Virus record (IMG/VR): IMGVR_UViG_3300020292_000004
Location: 1 to 36,846 of that record
Direction: 5' to 3' (one strand)
DNA length: 36,846 nucleotides
Source: a virus
Taxonomy: Duplodnaviria > Caudoviricetes
Part shown: one piece after another, positions 34,308-36,846 of the stretch
Layout: every line of letters starts with the position of its first letter
Position numbering within the stretch: the stretch's first letter is position 1
Notes under the pieces: generated by a model
What the model was told of the DNA's origin: nothing
Database searches by the model: none
What the model saw: the letters and a program-made list of their open reading frames with translations, nothing else
Position numbers and translations under genes: made by a program

Positions 34308-36227
34308 CTACCATTCGTTGACATAACTTCCTCTTTGTCGTGTTCTATTAGATGATACTCGTTTTTGTTGCGTAACAATAACTTCTTTTAACAGGTTTTT
34401 AGCGAAAATATCAAAGAATTTACCCTTGGGATAGCGTTTTAGGAGCCATTGGAACGCAGCAAAGGCATAGACGGCACAATCTAAAGCTTCAACATCTTGA
34501 TTAGGTTTTTTCATATATACAGGACTTTTAAAACCTCTTTTATTGGTTTTTAAAACTCTTTGCTCCCCTGTTAGCTGTTTAAAATAGTCTTCCCCTGTTT
34601 GACTGTGAAAATGGATCTTAGAATTAAACCTTAAACGGCTATAAATAACATCTTTAATAGTATCTGTTCCTATTGAATATAAATTAAGCCCTTTTTTAAC
34701 TACTCTTCCCCTGCTATTTATATCCACCTTAGAAGGCTTACCAATGGCAGGTTTTCCAGCTTGTGAGCTTCCTTTTATAGCTATCACCCCATTGGCTTGT
34801 CTTTCCCTGCAATACTGGTAAACAGTCTGTGTTGCGAGTCCACCAGTATCTATGGCACAACAGCTAACTTTTAATTTTTTACCGCTTGGATGGTCCCATT
34901 CTTGACTTAATAAAATATCTAAACCCTTCCAAACAGTCGCCTGATTAGGAGAACCAAAAATGACGTCATGCTGTATTAAATACATATGCTCGTTTTCCCA
35001 TTTGTTTGGATCTTCTGGATCTCTTACCCTGCCAAAACCCCAAGTACTGATCTCAATTCTTTCATTGGCTGACCCTGCCCCACCTTGGACATCGCAACCC
35101 ATAACCAGAGCTACTACCTCTTCTGGTAGCTCCCCTGATAAATAGCTTTCACATCTAGCTAATAGCTTTTCTGCATTTACTCCCCCCTGATAACTTTCAC
35201 TCCAAACCTCTCCAAGCCTTGTATTTACAAATGTTTTTAACAGCGGCGCGTCATTCCTAGCCCTTAGAAATTCCTCTACAAGCGAAGGCCACCCAATCCA
35301 ACCAGCGGGGCTATATAAAGAACTTAATTGAAACCCTGCTGTTTTATTTTTTAACTCTGCCCCAGCTCTCCATTCCCCTTGTCTTAACATTGATGTTTTA
35401 TGTGTTTCGTTAAATCTTTCATTGCATAATTGACACTCATATTGTGTAGTTTCTGGGTCTCTATTTTCCCATTTAATTTGTTTCCAATCTAAGGTTATAT
35501 ATCCAGAACAAGCTGGACATTTTACAAAGTACTTTCTCTTGTCAGAATGATTATATTCTTGCTCAATTCTTGACCAATTCTCTAAAGTTGGAGTACTTGT
35601 CATTAATATTTTTTTCCTTGCATAGTTAGAAGTTCTTTTTTCAGCTAAAACACATGGATCACCTTCTGAAACTCCAGATGAAGTACTGCTGTCATATGGG
35701 TATGAATCAGTTTCATCCATGAATAAGTAGCGAATTGGTGAGCTTCTTAATCCTGTAGGAGAATTACTTCCTGTTAAAATAAATATCCCATTTGGAAATT
35801 CTTTAATAAACATTGAATTACTAGCATCTCTAGACCTTTGAGGGGCTATTTTATTATTAATACAAGGCGTTTCTTGAAATGCTGGCTCTAGTCTTTGCCT
35901 GCTAAATTTACGCGCCATATCTATAGTTGGCATAACACACATTACAGAACTAGGTGCTACATCAATTGTATAAAGTAAAAATGATAAACCTAATTCACTT
36001 TTGCCTAATTGCGCCCCAAACATTAAAACAACTTTTTGTATTTCAGTATTAGTTACGCTTAGTAAATCCATTGGCTCCTGTAAGTAAGGAGTTCTAGAAA
36101 CCTTATATCTCCCAGGCTCACTAGAAGACTTGCTATTTAATACCCTATTAGCAGATGACCATTCGCTAACAGTTAAAGACCTTGGCGGTAATATTCCCGC
36201 TTTAAATCCCTTTTCATATGGATTCAT
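34308..36227 (-). CDS. terL: terminase large subunit, lambda gpA family
   Basis: RTPY, GAQLGKS (Walker A), YLFMDE (Walker B), STPT, CPAC/CQLC, GCDVQ, EALDC. Confidence 0.95.
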   Translation of the reverse strand: MNPYEKGFKAGILPPRSLTVSEWSSANRVLNSKSSSEPGRYKVSRTPYLQEPMDLLSVTNTEIQKVVLMFGAQLGKSELGLSFLLYTIDVAPSSVMCVMPTIDMARKFSRQRLEPAFQETPCINNKIAPQRSRDASNSMFIKEFPNGIFILTGSNSPTGLRSSPIRYLFMDETDSYPYDSSTSSGVSEGDPCVLAEKRTSNYARKKILMTSTPTLENWSRIEQEYNHSDKRKYFVKCPACSGYITLDWKQIKWENRDPETTQYECQLCNERFNETHKTSMLRQGEWRAGAELKNKTAGFQLSSLYSPAGWIGWPSLVEEFLRARNDAPLLKTFVNTRLGEVWSESYQGGVNAEKLLARCESYLSGELPEEVVALVMGCDVQGGAGSANERIEISTWGFGRVRDPEDPNKWENEHMYLIQHDVIFGSPNQATVWKGLDILLSQEWDHPSGKKLKVSCCAIDTGGLATQTVYQYCRERQANGVIAIKGSSQAGKPAIGKPSKVDINSRGRVVKKGLNLYSIGTDTIKDVIYSRLRFNSKIHFHSQTGEDYFKQLTGEQRVLKTNKRGFKSPVYMKKPNQDVEALDCAVYAFAAFQWLLKRYPKGKFFDIFAKNLLKEVIVTQQKRVSSNRTRQRGSYVNEW

Positions 36228-36228
36228 T

Positions 36229-36750
36229 TTATTTACCTAATTTTTCCAAAATGAATTGGATTTCTTCTCTTAAAGTCTTATCTATTACCGTTGAATCAGT
36301 TTCAGAAGCAAATAAACTAGATACTCTATCCGGCAAAGTTAACAAAGCTTCTCTAATACTTACAGCAATTTCAAAACTTTTCTTTTCTACTAATTTTGCA
36401 TCTATCAGCTCCTTCTTCTTTACTCCTACATCAATTTCTGCCAGCTTTGCATGAAAATATTCTTTCTTACTTCTACTTACGTTAAAATCTGGGATTTGGT
36501 CAGCTTCCATTTTATTTACTTCTTTCTTTAATTCGCTTTTGACGTTTTCTTTTATATGACTACTAACCGTTGGCTTTCTCGCAATAGAGGTAGTTTTATC
36601 CCATAAAGCTAAAGCCATTTCTGAATTAACTAGCGTTTGGCCGTTGTGAGTTACCTTGCAAACTTGCATATGTTCTTTCTTCATTTTCTTTGTAACCGCC
36701 GGCGGTGACACGCCTTTTATCTTTGCCAAATCTTTGTAGGTAATTAGCAT
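36229..36750 (-). CDS. terS: terminase small subunit (Nu1-like)
   Basis: N-terminal HTH (YKDLAKIKGVSPPAVTK) plus coiled coil; directly upstream of terL. Confidence 0.85.
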   Translation of the reverse strand: MLITYKDLAKIKGVSPPAVTKKMKKEHMQVCKVTHNGQTLVNSEMALALWDKTTSIARKPTVSSHIKENVKSELKKEVNKMEADQIPDFNVSRSKKEYFHAKLAEIDVGVKKKELIDAKLVEKKSFEIAVSIREALLTLPDRVSSLFASETDSTVIDKTLREEIQFILEKLGK

Positions 36751-36798
36751 TAACTTCGATTAACCACTAACACTATATATGGTATTAACTATTTAACC

Positions 36799-36811
36799 AT
36801 TCTCAATAAGG
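36799..36811 (+). repeat. ATTCTCAATAAGG direct repeat, copy 2
   Basis: Identical to 44-56. Confidence 0.6.
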
Positions 36812-36832
36812 CCACGCTAGCGAAATTCCGAG

Positions 36833-36845
36833 CCTTTCGATGCCC
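36833..36845. repeat. right terminal repeat CCTTTCGATGCCC
   Basis: Identical to 1-13; about 80 bp upstream of the terS start. Confidence 0.8.
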
Positions 36846-36846
36846 A

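Noticed and set aside
522-36454. Remaining short ORFs antisense to larger genes (e.g. 522, 1374, 4527, 7389, 10435, 15488, 19915, 20419, 22677, 24272, 25516, 26569, 29920, 31468, 32093, 33199, 34960, 36218)
   Set aside because: They overlap well-supported genes on the opposite strand and have the F/S/L-rich composition typical of shadow ORFs.
1-36846. CRISPR array, IS element, rRNA, or photosynthesis genes (psbA, hli)
   Set aside because: No regularly spaced repeats, transposase motifs or matching ORFs seen.

Overview
The window looks like a complete, AT-rich, temperate long-tailed (siphovirus-like) phage genome of about 36.8 kb. A marine picocyanobacterial host such as Prochlorococcus is inferred from protein families I recall from cyanophages; no search was run. 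The two ends share a 13-bp sequence just upstream of the small terminase, consistent with cos-type ends. Left to right: (i) attP, the 3' half of tRNA-Thr(CGT) with arm-type repeats, and a tyrosine integrase; (ii) a leftward early operon (candidate regulator, Sak-like annealase, SSB, excisionase-like HTH); (iii) a rightward operon (replication-initiator-like protein, PD-(D/E)XK nucleases, NrdR-like Zn ribbon, C5 DNA methyltransferase); (iv) an 8-gene cassette of membrane and secreted proteins of unknown function; (v) a leftward late operon (terS, gpA-like terL, lambda-type portal, protease-capsid fusion, head-tail genes, tail tube, frameshifted G/GT chaperones, tape measure, tip, fibres, flavin-dependent halogenase-like gene). 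The best candidate for an undescribed system is the envelope cassette at 12783-16621, in a genome where I see no peptidoglycan hydrolase. Also notable, the methyltransferase is split over two nested reading frames, as in M.EcoHK31I. All family calls come from motifs read by eye.
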